From: Polyangiales bacterium
Lineage (GTDB): Bacteria; Myxococcota_A; Polyangia; Polyangiales; Polyangiaceae
Direction: 5' to 3'
DNA length: 32,972 nt
Assembly: GCA_038230375.1 (NCBI GenBank)
Contig: JBBRNJ010000090.1
Location: 1 to 32,972 of the forward strand
Of this stretch, positions 9,682 to 21,440 are shown in pieces. The notes under the pieces are model-generated. The model was not told where the DNA came from, did no database searches, and saw only the letters and a list, made by a program, of their open reading frames with translations. The position numbers were made by a program, and so were the translations under genes. Position 1 is the first letter of the stretch, and every line of letters begins with the position of its first letter.

Positions 9682-10902
9682 TCACGACGCGTTCACCACG
9701 ATGGTGGGCGCGCGCTTCGCCACGGTGAGGCTGAACGCGCCTCCGCCAAGGAACATGCCTTCCACAGTGGCGCCGTCGACCAGGAGCTTCACGTCGCCGC
9801 CGAGCCCACGCGCGACGCGCCGCGCGATCGCGAGACCAACACCAACGCCGCCGTGCGAACGGGTGGGCGAGCCGTCGAGCTGGAAGAACGGATCGAAGAT
9901 CTTCTCTGCGCGTTCCTTCGCAACACCTGGCCCCGTGTCCGCGATCACGACCTCGTACGTGCTCTCGAACGCGCGCACGGCCACGCCGACCAGGCTGCCT
10001 TCGGGCGCGAATTTCACGGCGTTGTCGAGCAGCTGGAAGATCGCGCGGCCAAGGCGATCCGAGTCACCGAAGGCCGGGAGAGGTCCGCGCGGCAGCTCCT
10101 CCAACATGGTGAGCTTGCGATCCGCGACCGGGTCCGCGATCTGCGCGATCGCGCGGCGCACGGTGTCCAGGAAATCGTAGTCGCGGCTGACGAAGCGCAT
10201 CTTGCCGGTCTCGAGTCCGGTCACGTCGATCAGGTTGTCGAGCGTGGTGCGAAGGCGGCGGATGCAATCATCCATCGCGCGGAGCGCCTTGCGTTGGGCC
10301 TTGTTGGTCTCGCCCAGCTCGTCATCCATGAGCATGCGCAGGTACCCGACGATCGGGGTCAGTGGCGTGGCGAGCTCGTGCGAGACGTTGCGATAGAACT
10401 CGGTGCGAAGGCGATCCATCTCGCGGAGGCGCTCGTTGGCGGACGAGAGCTCGGCGACCTTCTCTTCCAGGTGCGCCACGATGCGACCGCTTTGCGCGCG
10501 CAGACGATCTCCATGCAGGTCCATCGACGACGGGACGCGCTCGCGCTTGCCGCCAAGGTACTGGCCCACTTGCCGTGAAAACTGGCGCGCGTCGATGGGC
10601 TTCTGCAGGAACCCGTCGCAGCCAACGGCGTAGCTGGTCTCCTTGTCGCCCTCGGCGGTGATGGCGATGATGGGCGTGCGCGTGAGCGACGCCTCCGTCC
10701 GCAGCCGCAGCGTGACCTCGTAGCCGTCCAGTCCCGGGATGTTGAGGTCCACGAGCACCAGATCGGGACGCTGCGCGAGGGCAAGGCGTACCCCTTCGAG
10801 ACCGTCGGCGGCGTCGATGACCTCATGCCCGTCCGCCGACAGCAGCTTCCGCACGAGGAGCCGGTTTCGGGGATCGTCTTCGATGTGGAGGACACGGGCC
10901 AT
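9682..10902 (-). CDS. Cytoplasmic hybrid histidine kinase / response regulator (REC-HisKA-HATPase)
   Basis: REC: VLHIEDD, LVDLNIPGLDG, ITA, FLQKP. H-box SHELATPLT; N-box LLDNAVKF; G1 DTGPG; F-box IFDPFFQ; G2 GVGVGLAI. No TM. Start could alternatively be 10938. Confidence 0.92.
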   Translation of the reverse strand: MARVLHIEDDPRNRLLVRKLLSADGHEVIDAADGLEGVRLALAQRPDLVLVDLNIPGLDGYEVTLRLRTEASLTRTPIIAITAEGDKETSYAVGCDGFLQKPIDARQFSRQVGQYLGGKRERVPSSMDLHGDRLRAQSGRIVAHLEEKVAELSSANERLREMDRLRTEFYRNVSHELATPLTPIVGYLRMLMDDELGETNKAQRKALRAMDDCIRRLRTTLDNLIDVTGLETGKMRFVSRDYDFLDTVRRAIAQIADPVADRKLTMLEELPRGPLPAFGDSDRLGRAIFQLLDNAVKFAPEGSLVGVAVRAFESTYEVVIADTGPGVAKERAEKIFDPFFQLDGSPTRSHGGVGVGLAIARRVARGLGGDVKLLVDGATVEGMFLGGGAFSLTVAKRAPTIVVNAS

Positions 10903-11055
10903 GAATGCAGGCGAGCCCATCGGGCGCGCCGGAGCCATGTCTTCTAGCGCACCCGGGAAAAAACTGAAATCACCGTGCCCATTTGCCGCCTGCCGGGAAT
11001 GAACTGCGGTTTCTGGCCTTTACATCCAGCGCAGCCCGGGTAGTTTCCGCTCCCT

Positions 11056-11616
11056 ATGAAATCCGCTTCGCACAAGGGTCTCGTACAGAAGGTCGCGCTC
11101 TCGCTCGGCGTGATGGGCCTTTTGGTGTCCTGCACGGCCCTCACGGAGCCGCCGACGCAAGACACCATCGTCTCGGACCCCTCGAGTGCGCAGGGCAACC
11201 CGCAGGCGAAGCCCGCGGCCTCGGCAAGGCCCGAAGCGCGACCCGCGCCCACGCCCGCCCCCACGCCCGCAGCGCCCGCCGTGCCGGAGAAGCCGCTGCA
11301 GAAGATCGACGTCGTCGTCGGCAAAGGCGCAGAGGCCAAGAGCGGCGACAACGTGAGCGTTCACTACACGGGCACGCTCGAGAACGGCGAGAAGTTCGAC
11401 AGCTCGAAGGATCGCAACCAGCCGTTCGAGTTCAAGCTCGGACAGGGCCGCGTGATCCCCGGCTGGGACCAAGGGGTCCCGGGCATGAAGGTGGGCGGCA
11501 AGCGCAAGCTCATCATCCCGCCGTCACTCGGCTACGGCGCGCGCGGCGCGGGTCCGAAGATCCCGCCGAACTCCGTCCTCCTCTTCGACGTCGAGCTCAT
11601 CGGAATCACCAAATGA
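11056..11616 (+). CDS. FKBP-type peptidyl-prolyl isomerase, predicted lipoprotein
   Basis: Lipobox-like LLVSC, Pro/Ala linker, then [46 protein letters not shown]. Confidence 0.95.
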   Translation: MKSASHKGLVQKVALSLGVMGLLVSCTALTEPPTQDTIVSDPSSAQGNPQAKPAASARPEARPAPTPAPTPAAPAVPEKPLQKIDVVVGKGAEAKSGDNVSVHYTGTLENGEKFDSSKDRNQPFEFKLGQGRVIPGWDQGVPGMKVGGKRKLIIPPSLGYGARGAGPKIPPNSVLLFDVELIGITK

Positions 11617-12176
11617 ATTTCTCCCCCCGCGCGCGCACGTGCCTGATGCTCGTCGCGATCGTCGCGTGCGGAGCGCCGCAGCAGACCGCGGCTCAGCGTG
11701 AGGGCACGGCGACCCCGACCTCGACCTCGACCCCGACCTCGACCCCGACCCCGACCTCGACCTCGACCCCGACCCCGACCTCGACCCCGACCTCGACCCC
11801 GACGTCGACAACGACCTCGGCCTCCACCTCCACCGCTCCCCGTGAGAAGCCGAAGAAGATCTCCGCGTCCCACGTGCTCGTCCAGTACATGGGCGCCGAG
11901 CGCGCCGGCAACGCCGTCGTTCGCACCCGTGAGCAAGCGCGCGCCGTCGCTGACAAGGTCCTCGAACACGCGCGCGCCGGCGACGACTTCTCACGCCTCG
12001 CGGTCGACTACTCGGACGAGCCCGGCGCAGCCCAGCGCGGCGGCTCGCTCGGTCGCTTTGGCCACGGCCAGATGGTCCGCGCCTTCGAGGACGCTGCCTT
12101 CGCCCTCGACGTGGGCGGCGTGAGCGACGTCGTCGAGACGTCCTTCGGCTTCCACGTCATCAAGCGCACGGAGTGA
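11613..12176 (+). CDS. Parvulin (PpiC/rotamase)-type peptidyl-prolyl isomerase, predicted lipoprotein
   Basis: True start is likely ATG 11613 (ATGA overlap with the FKBP stop). Lipobox IVAC, Thr/Pro/Ser linker, ASHVLV, FSRLA..YSD, GGSLG.F..GQMV.AFE.AAFAL and ETSFGFHVI. Confidence 0.93.
   Translation: MNFSPRARTCLMLVAIVACGAPQQTAAQREGTATPTSTSTPTSTPTPTSTSTPTPTSTPTSTPTSTTTSASTSTAPREKPKKISASHVLVQYMGAERAGNAVVRTREQARAVADKVLEHARAGDDFSRLAVDYSDEPGAAQRGGSLGRFGHGQMVRAFEDAAFALDVGGVSDVVETSFGFHVIKRTE
11711..11835 (+). repeat. Hexamer microsatellite (ACCCCG/ACCTCG) encoding a Thr-Pro/Thr-Ser linker
   Basis: Tandem ACCCCG/ACCTCG units translate as [22 protein letters not shown]; boundaries are approximate. 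Confidence 0.85.
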
Positions 12177-13777
12177 ACATGCAGGCGAGCCTGCAACGGG
12201 CCCGACCGACCGAAGCCGTGGAAGCGGGAAAGCCCCAACGGATCGTCTTGCCGCTCGCGATCGGCGGCGCCGCGATCTCGGGGCTCCTGTACTTCCTTGG
12301 CTACGCGGGCATGGATATCTGGCCTCTGGAGTTCATCGCGTTCGTGCCGCTCTACGTCGCCCTCCAGGGTCGCACGCCCAAGGCATCGTTCTGGCTCGGC
12401 GCATTGAACGGCCTCGTCATGTGCGTGGGCGGCTTCTACTGGCTCTACAACATGCTGAAGGCGTTCAGCGGGTTCGGCACGTTCCTCTGCATCTTCTTCA
12501 TGGTGTTCATCTGCGCGTTCCAGGGGCTGCGCCACGCGGTGCTCTGCTGGCTCTACGCGCGTGGCGTCGCGCGCGGGCATGATCGCGCCCTCGTATTCCT
12601 CGCGGCCAACGCGGCAACAGAGCTGTGCTTCCCGCTCCTCTTCACGTGGTACTTCGGCGCAGGCGTGCACGAGGTCCCGCTGCTGGTGCAGAGCGCGGAT
12701 CTCGGCGGCCCCATCTTCGTCTCGCTCGTCCTCGTCGCCGCGAACCTCGCACTCGCCGAGCCGCTCCTCGCAAGGCTCGAACGGCGCCCGCTCGATCGAC
12801 GCTTGCTCGTCGCCTGCGGCACAGCGTTCGCCTTGAACATGGCCTACGGGGCGCTCCGCATCTCGCAGACGGACGCGCGCATGGCCGCAGCGGACGAGGC
12901 GCAGGTCGGCATCGTGCAAGGCAACATGGGGCTGATGCAGAAGCGCGAGGACTCCGCAGAGGGGCTGCGCCGCCACAAGCGACTCACCGCGGAGCTCCGT
13001 CAAAAGGGCGCCGACCTGGTGGTGTGGAGCGAGTCCTCCGTCACCTTCGCCGTGCCCGAGCAGATGTACAAGCTCTTCATGCACGACCGCGTGTCGGGCC
13101 AGCTCGGCGTGCCGTCCATCTTCGGCGCGGTCGTCTTCCGTCACGACAAGGATCGCGAGCGCTGGTTCAACAGCGCGCTCGTCGCGAACGCCCAGGGCGA
13201 CGTGCTGGGACGATACGACAAGCAGTTCTTGCTCGCGTTCGGCGAGTACCTGCCGTTCGGTGACACGTTTCCCATCCTCTACAAATGGTCGCCGAACAGC
13301 GGCAAGTTCTCGAAGGGCACAAGCCTGGAGCCGCTGCGCGTGGAGGTGAAGGGCAAGGAGCGCGTGATCACGACGCTCATCTGCTACGAGGACATCTCGC
13401 CCAGCTTCACGAACGAGATCGTCAATTTCGGTAACCCGGAGCTCCTCGTGAACATCACGAACGACGCATGGTTCGGCGACTCCACGGAGCCGTGGGAGCA
13501 CCTGGCGCTCGCGAAATTCCGGGCGATCGAGCACCGCCGTTACCTCGTTCGCAGCACGAACAGCGGAATCTCCGCGATCGTCGATGCGAACGGCCGCGTG
13601 GTGACGAGCACGCAGCCCTTCGTCGCCGAGGCCAAGATGGCGCCCGTGAAGTTCATGCGCGGCGGCACCGTGTACGAGACCCTTGGCGACTGGCCCTGGG
13701 CGGCGGTCAGCCTCCTTTCGCTGGGCTTCGCGTTCGTGAAAAGGAAGACGAAGGGCCCGGCTTCGGATAAGAATTGA
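12173..13777 (+). CDS. lnt: Apolipoprotein N-acyltransferase
   Basis: Multi-TM N-terminus, IVQGN, VVWSES (catalytic Glu), YDKQFLLAFGEYLP (Lys), LICYED (Cys), NITNDAWFG, RAIE.RR..VRSTNSGIS. Confidence 0.95.
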   Translation: MNMQASLQRARPTEAVEAGKPQRIVLPLAIGGAAISGLLYFLGYAGMDIWPLEFIAFVPLYVALQGRTPKASFWLGALNGLVMCVGGFYWLYNMLKAFSGFGTFLCIFFMVFICAFQGLRHAVLCWLYARGVARGHDRALVFLAANAATELCFPLLFTWYFGAGVHEVPLLVQSADLGGPIFVSLVLVAANLALAEPLLARLERRPLDRRLLVACGTAFALNMAYGALRISQTDARMAAADEAQVGIVQGNMGLMQKREDSAEGLRRHKRLTAELRQKGADLVVWSESSVTFAVPEQMYKLFMHDRVSGQLGVPSIFGAVVFRHDKDRERWFNSALVANAQGDVLGRYDKQFLLAFGEYLPFGDTFPILYKWSPNSGKFSKGTSLEPLRVEVKGKERVITTLICYEDISPSFTNEIVNFGNPELLVNITNDAWFGDSTEPWEHLALAKFRAIEHRRYLVRSTNSGISAIVDANGRVVTSTQPFVAEAKMAPVKFMRGGTVYETLGDWPWAAVSLLSLGFAFVKRKTKGPASDKN

Positions 13778-13779
13778 GG

Positions 13780-14550
13780 ATGGCTTCGCCCGTCCGCGCT
13801 TCTCTTGGTCTTGCCACGCTGGTCATCGTCGTTCCGCTCTGCGCGCTGGCCTTCGGCTCGTTCCAGGGCTGCACCGTGCTCAGCAACGACGACCCGCTCG
13901 ATGAGGGCGGCATCTTCGACGGTGGCGAGGCCGGGCCCGACGCCGCGCTCGACTGCAGCGAATGCGTCATCTCGAGCTGCTCCGGCGAGTGGTCCACCTG
14001 CTTCGCCTCCGCGGACTGCGTGTCCGTACTTGCGTGCGTTGCCGCCGCCGCCGACTCCACCGCTCAGACCGCGTGCGCCTGCGGGAGCGCGGCGGGCGCT
14101 TCGGTGCTGGCCATGGCGCGCCGCTGCGATGCACCGCAGCGCTGCGGTTCGGGCCTGTGCAATCCCGCGTGCTCGGCGGCGGACGCGACCACCGACTGCA
14201 AGAGCGCTTCGCCGACGTGCGGCGGAGACGCCGGCAGCGACATCGACGCCAGCACCGACGCAGGCGGAACCGCGGATGGCAGCGTTGCCGATGGCGGAGA
14301 CGCAGGAGACGCAGGCCCCGGGCCCGTCACGGCAGCATCGTGCAACACGTGCATCGCGCAGAGCTGCAACGACCAGAAGATGCAGTGCCCGTCCGGGTCT
14401 GACTGCGACGCGTTCCTCACGTGCGCTGTCGTCTGCACCAGCGCCGCGTGCGTCACGGAATGCGGCACCAATCACACGACCGGCAAGCAGGCCTCGGCCC
14501 AGCTCGCCATGTGCGTGAACGTCAGCTGCAAATCGCAGTGCGGCCTGTAG
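13780..14550 (+). CDS. Cys-rich exported protein/lipoprotein with two related Cys modules
   Basis: Hydrophobic N-terminus ending FQGC. Modules CSECVISSC..WSTC...ADC..VLAC and CNTCIAQSC..KMQC...SDC..FLTC are separated by a DAG-rich linker. Confidence 0.8.
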   Translation: MASPVRASLGLATLVIVVPLCALAFGSFQGCTVLSNDDPLDEGGIFDGGEAGPDAALDCSECVISSCSGEWSTCFASADCVSVLACVAAAADSTAQTACACGSAAGASVLAMARRCDAPQRCGSGLCNPACSAADATTDCKSASPTCGGDAGSDIDASTDAGGTADGSVADGGDAGDAGPGPVTAASCNTCIAQSCNDQKMQCPSGSDCDAFLTCAVVCTSAACVTECGTNHTTGKQASAQLAMCVNVSCKSQCGL

Positions 14551-14556
14551 GCGATC

Positions 14557-15213
14557 TCAGCCGCCGAGTGAGAGCGCGCGCATCAGGCGCTTTGCGTCCT
14601 GGGTCATGTCCACGTTCGTGAACACGTATGTCGCCTCGGTGTGCTTTGCCGAGGCCGCCAGCTCACCGAGCTTCTCCATCGAGTGATCCTCGTACCGGCT
14701 CTTGTGACCGGCGGGCCCGGGAAGCCTGTAGTATGCAACTTTCGCGGACGAGAGGCCATGCGCCAGCGGATCGCGCGCGGGCAACGCCTTTGCTGCGGCG
14801 GCGACGTCCTCCACGTGGCCTGGCTCCCAGTGCGCTGCATCCAGGACCACGCGCGCGAACTTCTTCTTCACCTTCGTGAGGAACGTGGACGCCGCCGCGC
14901 GAATCGCCTTCTGCGATGCGACCTCGGGCGGGACCACGAAGATGGCGGTCGCGGCGCTGAGCTCCTTCGCAACGGACATCAGGGTACCGAGCGCGACCTC
15001 GGTCAGCTTGCTGTCCTTGAAGCCCTCGAGCGCGATCTCGCGCGGCGCGAGCAACGCGAACGCGAACGTAGCGGGCGCCTCACGACGCCAGCGCTTCACG
15101 GTCCCCGTGCCGGGCACGGAGATCAGCGTCTCCGTGATCTCGACGTAGGGGAACTCCTTGAAGTACCGCGACGCCGGTATCGAGAAGCCCGAACAGCCGA
15201 CGACGATCCCCAT
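14557..15213 (-). CDS. DUF72 (YecE-like) domain protein
   Basis: IVVGCSGF, YFKEFPYVEI.ET, TVKRWRREAP..FAFAL.AP, YYRL.G, Y....L..L, YVFTN..M..DA follow the DUF72 pattern. Confidence 0.8.
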   Translation of the reverse strand: MGIVVGCSGFSIPASRYFKEFPYVEITETLISVPGTGTVKRWRREAPATFAFALLAPREIALEGFKDSKLTEVALGTLMSVAKELSAATAIFVVPPEVASQKAIRAAASTFLTKVKKKFARVVLDAAHWEPGHVEDVAAAAKALPARDPLAHGLSSAKVAYYRLPGPAGHKSRYEDHSMEKLGELAASAKHTEATYVFTNVDMTQDAKRLMRALSLGG

Positions 15214-15248
15214 GCGCGCGCACTATAGCAGAGGCGCGCGGACGAAAG

Positions 15249-15766
15249 TCACGGCAATCTCCCCTCACCGTCCTCGCTGGTCACGGGTTCTCCTAGCGCG
15301 CGCAGCGCTATTTTCCAGCCCAGACGGTGCGCGGCGGCCCGCACTGCGTCGTCATGTGCAAACGCGTCGGCGCGCACGTCACCGGGCGTGGCGCGTGTCA
15401 CGGTCGCGCGCATGTCGCCCGTGTCGCGCGTCGCGTTCGGCTGCGCACCATCTTGCACCAGACCGCGCCCCACGACCGCGACGGTGAGCCCGCGCGCAGA
15501 AGGCACGCCGCCCTGCGCCGAGATCGAATCCGCTGTCTCGTCGATCCGCGTGACCTCGAGCACGAGCTTCGGATCACCCGCGCCGCCAAGCGCTCCCTCA
15601 CGTGCGAGCGCCTCACGCGCGCCTGCCAGGACCTCGTCCGCGGCGACAGCGTCCGCGATCGTGACGGTCCCAAGTGATGGGCGTAGCCGCTCGCGCGCCT
15701 CTCCCCCGTGCACCGCGTGGTAGCCGCAGCCGACCGCGAAGGTCACGAGGGCGAGAAGGAGCGACC

Positions 15767-15770
<4 letters not shown>
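15249..15770 (-). CDS. lptE: LPS-assembly lipoprotein LptE-like
   Basis: GTG 15770 overlaps the leuS stop. Begins (M)RSLLLALVTFAVGCGY (the CG[YF] start is typical of LptE); ~173 aa; the position downstream of leuS is conserved for lptE. Confidence 0.7.
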
Positions 15771-18525
<2,755 letters not shown>

Positions 18526-18529
<4 letters not shown>

Positions 18530-19830
18530 TTAGCACAGGTGGGCTTGCCGTCTGCGTCGAACAGGAGCCCGCTTGCCTTGCGGCGGAGGCGCGCTTTCCG
18601 CCTGGTCTCTGCGGGCTCCGCTTCACCCGTGCCTGCCTCCGCGCAGGCGAGCGCGCGGTGCGGGTCCTTCTTCCAGTGCTCGTAGAGCTTGGCGAGCTCC
18701 AGGCGAATGGTTGCATCCTGCACGGATGCCGCGGCCTCGAAATCCAGGAGCGCGCGCGCCTTGTCGCCGCGGGCCTTCTCGATCCCGGCACGGACCACGT
18801 GTCCCTCTGCGCCCGCTCCGGATGCGATCGCGCGCGTGGCCATCTCCACCGCCTCATCCAGCTTCTTTGCGCGCTTCAGCGTGCGCGCGACGTTCACCAG
18901 ATCGCGGGGGACCATGTCACTGGCGGCGAACGGCTCCCCGTAGAATGCGACGAGCGACGCCATGGACGAGACGTCCCACGCGTTGTGCTCCACCACCTTG
19001 ATGAGGCCGCGCGTGTCACCGGTGCGGAGAAAATGCAGGTAGCAGGCGCTCACGTCGCCGGAGGGCACGTCGTCCTCGCGCACGAACCCGAAGAGCCGGC
19101 GCTCGAGCGCGCCCAGCTTGGTGCCGCCCTTCTCTTCCCCTCTGTGGACGCGGCGCGCGACGTGGAGCAGGTCCAGGTGCGGCGGCTCCAGCGGCGGCTC
19201 TATCTTCGCCATGCGGAAGCGCGTGCGGAGCAGCGGCATGTCGAACGACTTGCCGTTGAACGTGACCAGGCACGACGCGGCACGGATGCGCGTGGCAAGG
19301 TGCTCGAGCATGGGCCCCTCCTCGCCCAGGTTGCGCACGAGCAGCTGCTCGAGGGTGAGGCGCGCGTCGTCGTCGAAGAACGCGAGCCCCACGAGGAACG
19401 CCACAGTGCCGGTGCCTCCCGAGAGGCCCGTGGTCTCTGTGTCCAGGTAGAGCGCGCCCGTGAGGTCCACCTTGGAGAGCGACGGATCGAGCGCAAGGAG
19501 CGCGAGCACCTCCGACTCTGCAGCGCGAGCCAGCGTGGGCGTGCCCCGTCCCGTGCGATGCGCGGAGCCCAGACCGACGCGACGAACGAACAGCGGCCCG
19601 CGCTCGGTCTCCATGCGATCGAACGGCAGCTCCTCCGGCGCGGGCATCGGCGCAGGCGCCGGCTCACGCGACAGGATCTGCGCCATCCGCGCACGCAGCT
19701 CCGCAAGCTTGCCAACGTCACCCGAGATCGTCTCGCGCGACACGGGGGCCGATGGAACGCTCTTGCTCGCCGCGTCCGCATTCTTGTGCGGAGCCGTGGA
19801 GTGACGAGCGAGCCGAGAGAGAAATGACAT
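18526..19830 (-). CDS. RNase_H_2 / YprB(MrfB)-like DEDD exonuclease with C-terminal TPR-like helices
   Basis: LYLDTETTGLSGGTGT (ExoI), VTFNGKSFD.P (ExoII), HLDLLH..RR, LE..L.G..R.DD and HN.WD (ExoIII); helical LELAKLYEH C-terminus. Start at ATG 19830 (MSFLSRL); the stop overlaps the leuS ATG. Confidence 0.85.
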
Positions 19831-19832
19831 GA

Positions 19833-19861
19833 ACCCCCGTACGGTACATCCGTACAGGGGT
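19833..19861. promoter_or_regulatory. 12-bp inverted repeat containing a LexA-box-like GTAC-N4-GTAC, just upstream of the exonuclease start
   Basis: ACCCCCGTACGG-TACAT-CCGTACAGGGGT (one mismatch, which is a G:U pair in the minus-strand RNA). CGGTACATCCGTACAGG lies at 19842-19858. Confidence 0.5.
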
Positions 19862-19892
19862 CCTGTCACGAGGCTCGCTGGGAGCCTGTTTT

Positions 19893-21440
19893 CTAGAGCC
19901 CCATGTCGTTCACCACGGACTGGTTCTGGCGGACCGCGCTCTTCCCGTCGGCACTGGATTGCGCGGGCGCCGGGGGCGGGCCTGCGGGTGCGCCACCGGC
20001 GCCACCGAACGGTGAGGGCTTCGCGGCGGCCTGCGGCTGTGCGAAGCCCTTGTCGGCCTGCGCGACGACGGCCTGCTGCTCCTCGAAGTCGCGATCGACG
20101 GGGCGCGTGTTCTTGGCCGGTCCAGCGGCGAACGCGTCCGTCTTCGCCAGGGCCACGGCGTGCTTTTCACGCACCGCGAGCTCCTGCCGGCGCGTATCCA
20201 GGCGAGCGCGCGCCTCGTCCACCCGACCGCCCTCGAAGAGCTTGTTCGCCTCGGTCAGGGTCTGTGCGGTGCGGCTGCGCTCCAGACGGGCAGACACGAA
20301 CGGGTCGAGCTCCTTCTGCGCGTGATCGTCATCGGTGACCTTCAGCGCGAGCGAGCCTTCGCAGAGCGCGTCGTTGCGCTTGCCGAGATCCTTGTACGCG
20401 AGGCGGACGTGCGCGACCTTCTGATCGCCGACGCGATCGGTGGGGACGCGCAGACGAAGCAGTGCGGTCTTCTCCTGCTTTGCGGAGAACGCGCCGAAAG
20501 GGATCGTGATCTTGTTGCCGTCGCGACGGAAGCTGCGATCGAAGACCTCGGAGACCTCCACGCCGGGCTCGAGCTCCACGACCATCTCGGCCGAGGATGC
20601 GAGCGAGCTGAGCACGCTGTCGAACTCCTCGGCGAAGATGTCCGCGAGCTTCGACGGGTCCTTCACGAAGTAGTGCTTGCCGTTGCCCTCCTGCGCCAGA
20701 GCGCCCATCACCTTCTCGTCGAAGTCGACGTCCACGCCGATGGTGGAGATGGTGAGTCCATTGTCGCGCATTCGCGACGCGATGGTGCGGAGGCCGGGCA
20801 TGTCCGTGACGCCGTGGTTGGTGGCGCCGTCCGAGAGGAGAACGATACGATTCACGTGATCGCCGGAGAGGCCGGCGCGGGAGAGCTCGCGCGATGCTGC
20901 CTCGAGCCCGCAGGAGATGCAGGTGTCGCCGCCGAGGCGGATGCTCGCGATGTCGCGCTCGATCTGGGCGCGCGAGCCGTCGCTGACGCGCGTGGGCGCG
21001 ACCACCACATCCGCGCGCGTGTCGAACGCGACCACGCTGACCATGTCTCCGTCGCGCAATCGCTCCACGGCGCCACGCGCAGCAGAGAGAGCGTTGGCGA
21101 TGCGTTGCCCGCGCATCGAGCCGCTCTTGTCGACCACGATCGCGAGGTTCACTGGCGGTGCCGCGCCGACCTTCTCGTCGGCTCCGGCCACGCTCGCGAA
21201 CAGATAGGTCTCGCCCTTGCTATCGGGGCCGAGGGCCGTGTGGGCGAGGCGCGCGTCGATCGTGAGGGTCTGCCCCGCCTGGAACCGCGACTGGCTCGTC
21301 ACCGGAAAATCGGCGGTGGGGGTCTCGATCTCGGGAGCTCCCGCCACCTCGGTGGTGTGGGCGACCGGCACGGCGAAGGCGGCCCCCGTGGACGAAGAGA
21401 CCGCGACACCCAGCAGAATCATGGCGGTTTTCAGCTTCAT
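19893..21440 (-). CDS. Secreted VWA-domain protein (YfbK/CLCA-like)
   Basis: Signal peptide ending AAFA; MIDAS DKSGS; GGDT; RIVLLSDG..N.G; ISTIGV..DFDE..M..LA..G.G; Ig-like and helical C-terminus. ATGA overlap with the upstream gene. Confidence 0.9.
   Translation of the reverse strand: MKLKTAMILLGVAVSSSTGAAFAVPVAHTTEVAGAPEIETPTADFPVTSQSRFQAGQTLTIDARLAHTALGPDSKGETYLFASVAGADEKVGAAPPVNLAIVVDKSGSMRGQRIANALSAARGAVERLRDGDMVSVVAFDTRADVVVAPTRVSDGSRAQIERDIASIRLGGDTCISCGLEAASRELSRAGLSGDHVNRIVLLSDGATNHGVTDMPGLRTIASRMRDNGLTISTIGVDVDFDEKVMGALAQEGNGKHYFVKDPSKLADIFAEEFDSVLSSLASSAEMVVELEPGVEVSEVFDRSFRRDGNKITIPFGAFSAKQEKTALLRLRVPTDRVGDQKVAHVRLAYKDLGKRNDALCEGSLALKVTDDDHAQKELDPFVSARLERSRTAQTLTEANKLFEGGRVDEARARLDTRRQELAVREKHAVALAKTDAFAAGPAKNTRPVDRDFEEQQAVVAQADKGFAQPQAAAKPSPFGGAGGAPAGPPPAPAQSSADGKSAVRQNQSVVNDMGL

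Noticed and set aside
10983..11612. Apparent long N-terminus of the parvulin ORF, or an FKBP-parvulin frameshift fusion
   Set aside because: It overlaps FKBP in another frame. The parvulin has its own ATG and lipoprotein signal at 11613, and no slippery site is needed.
11698..12123. Poly-RP, poly-GR and poly-VE ORFs, or a CRISPR-like array
   Set aside because: These are alternative frames of the Thr-Pro microsatellite; there are no spacers and no cas genes.
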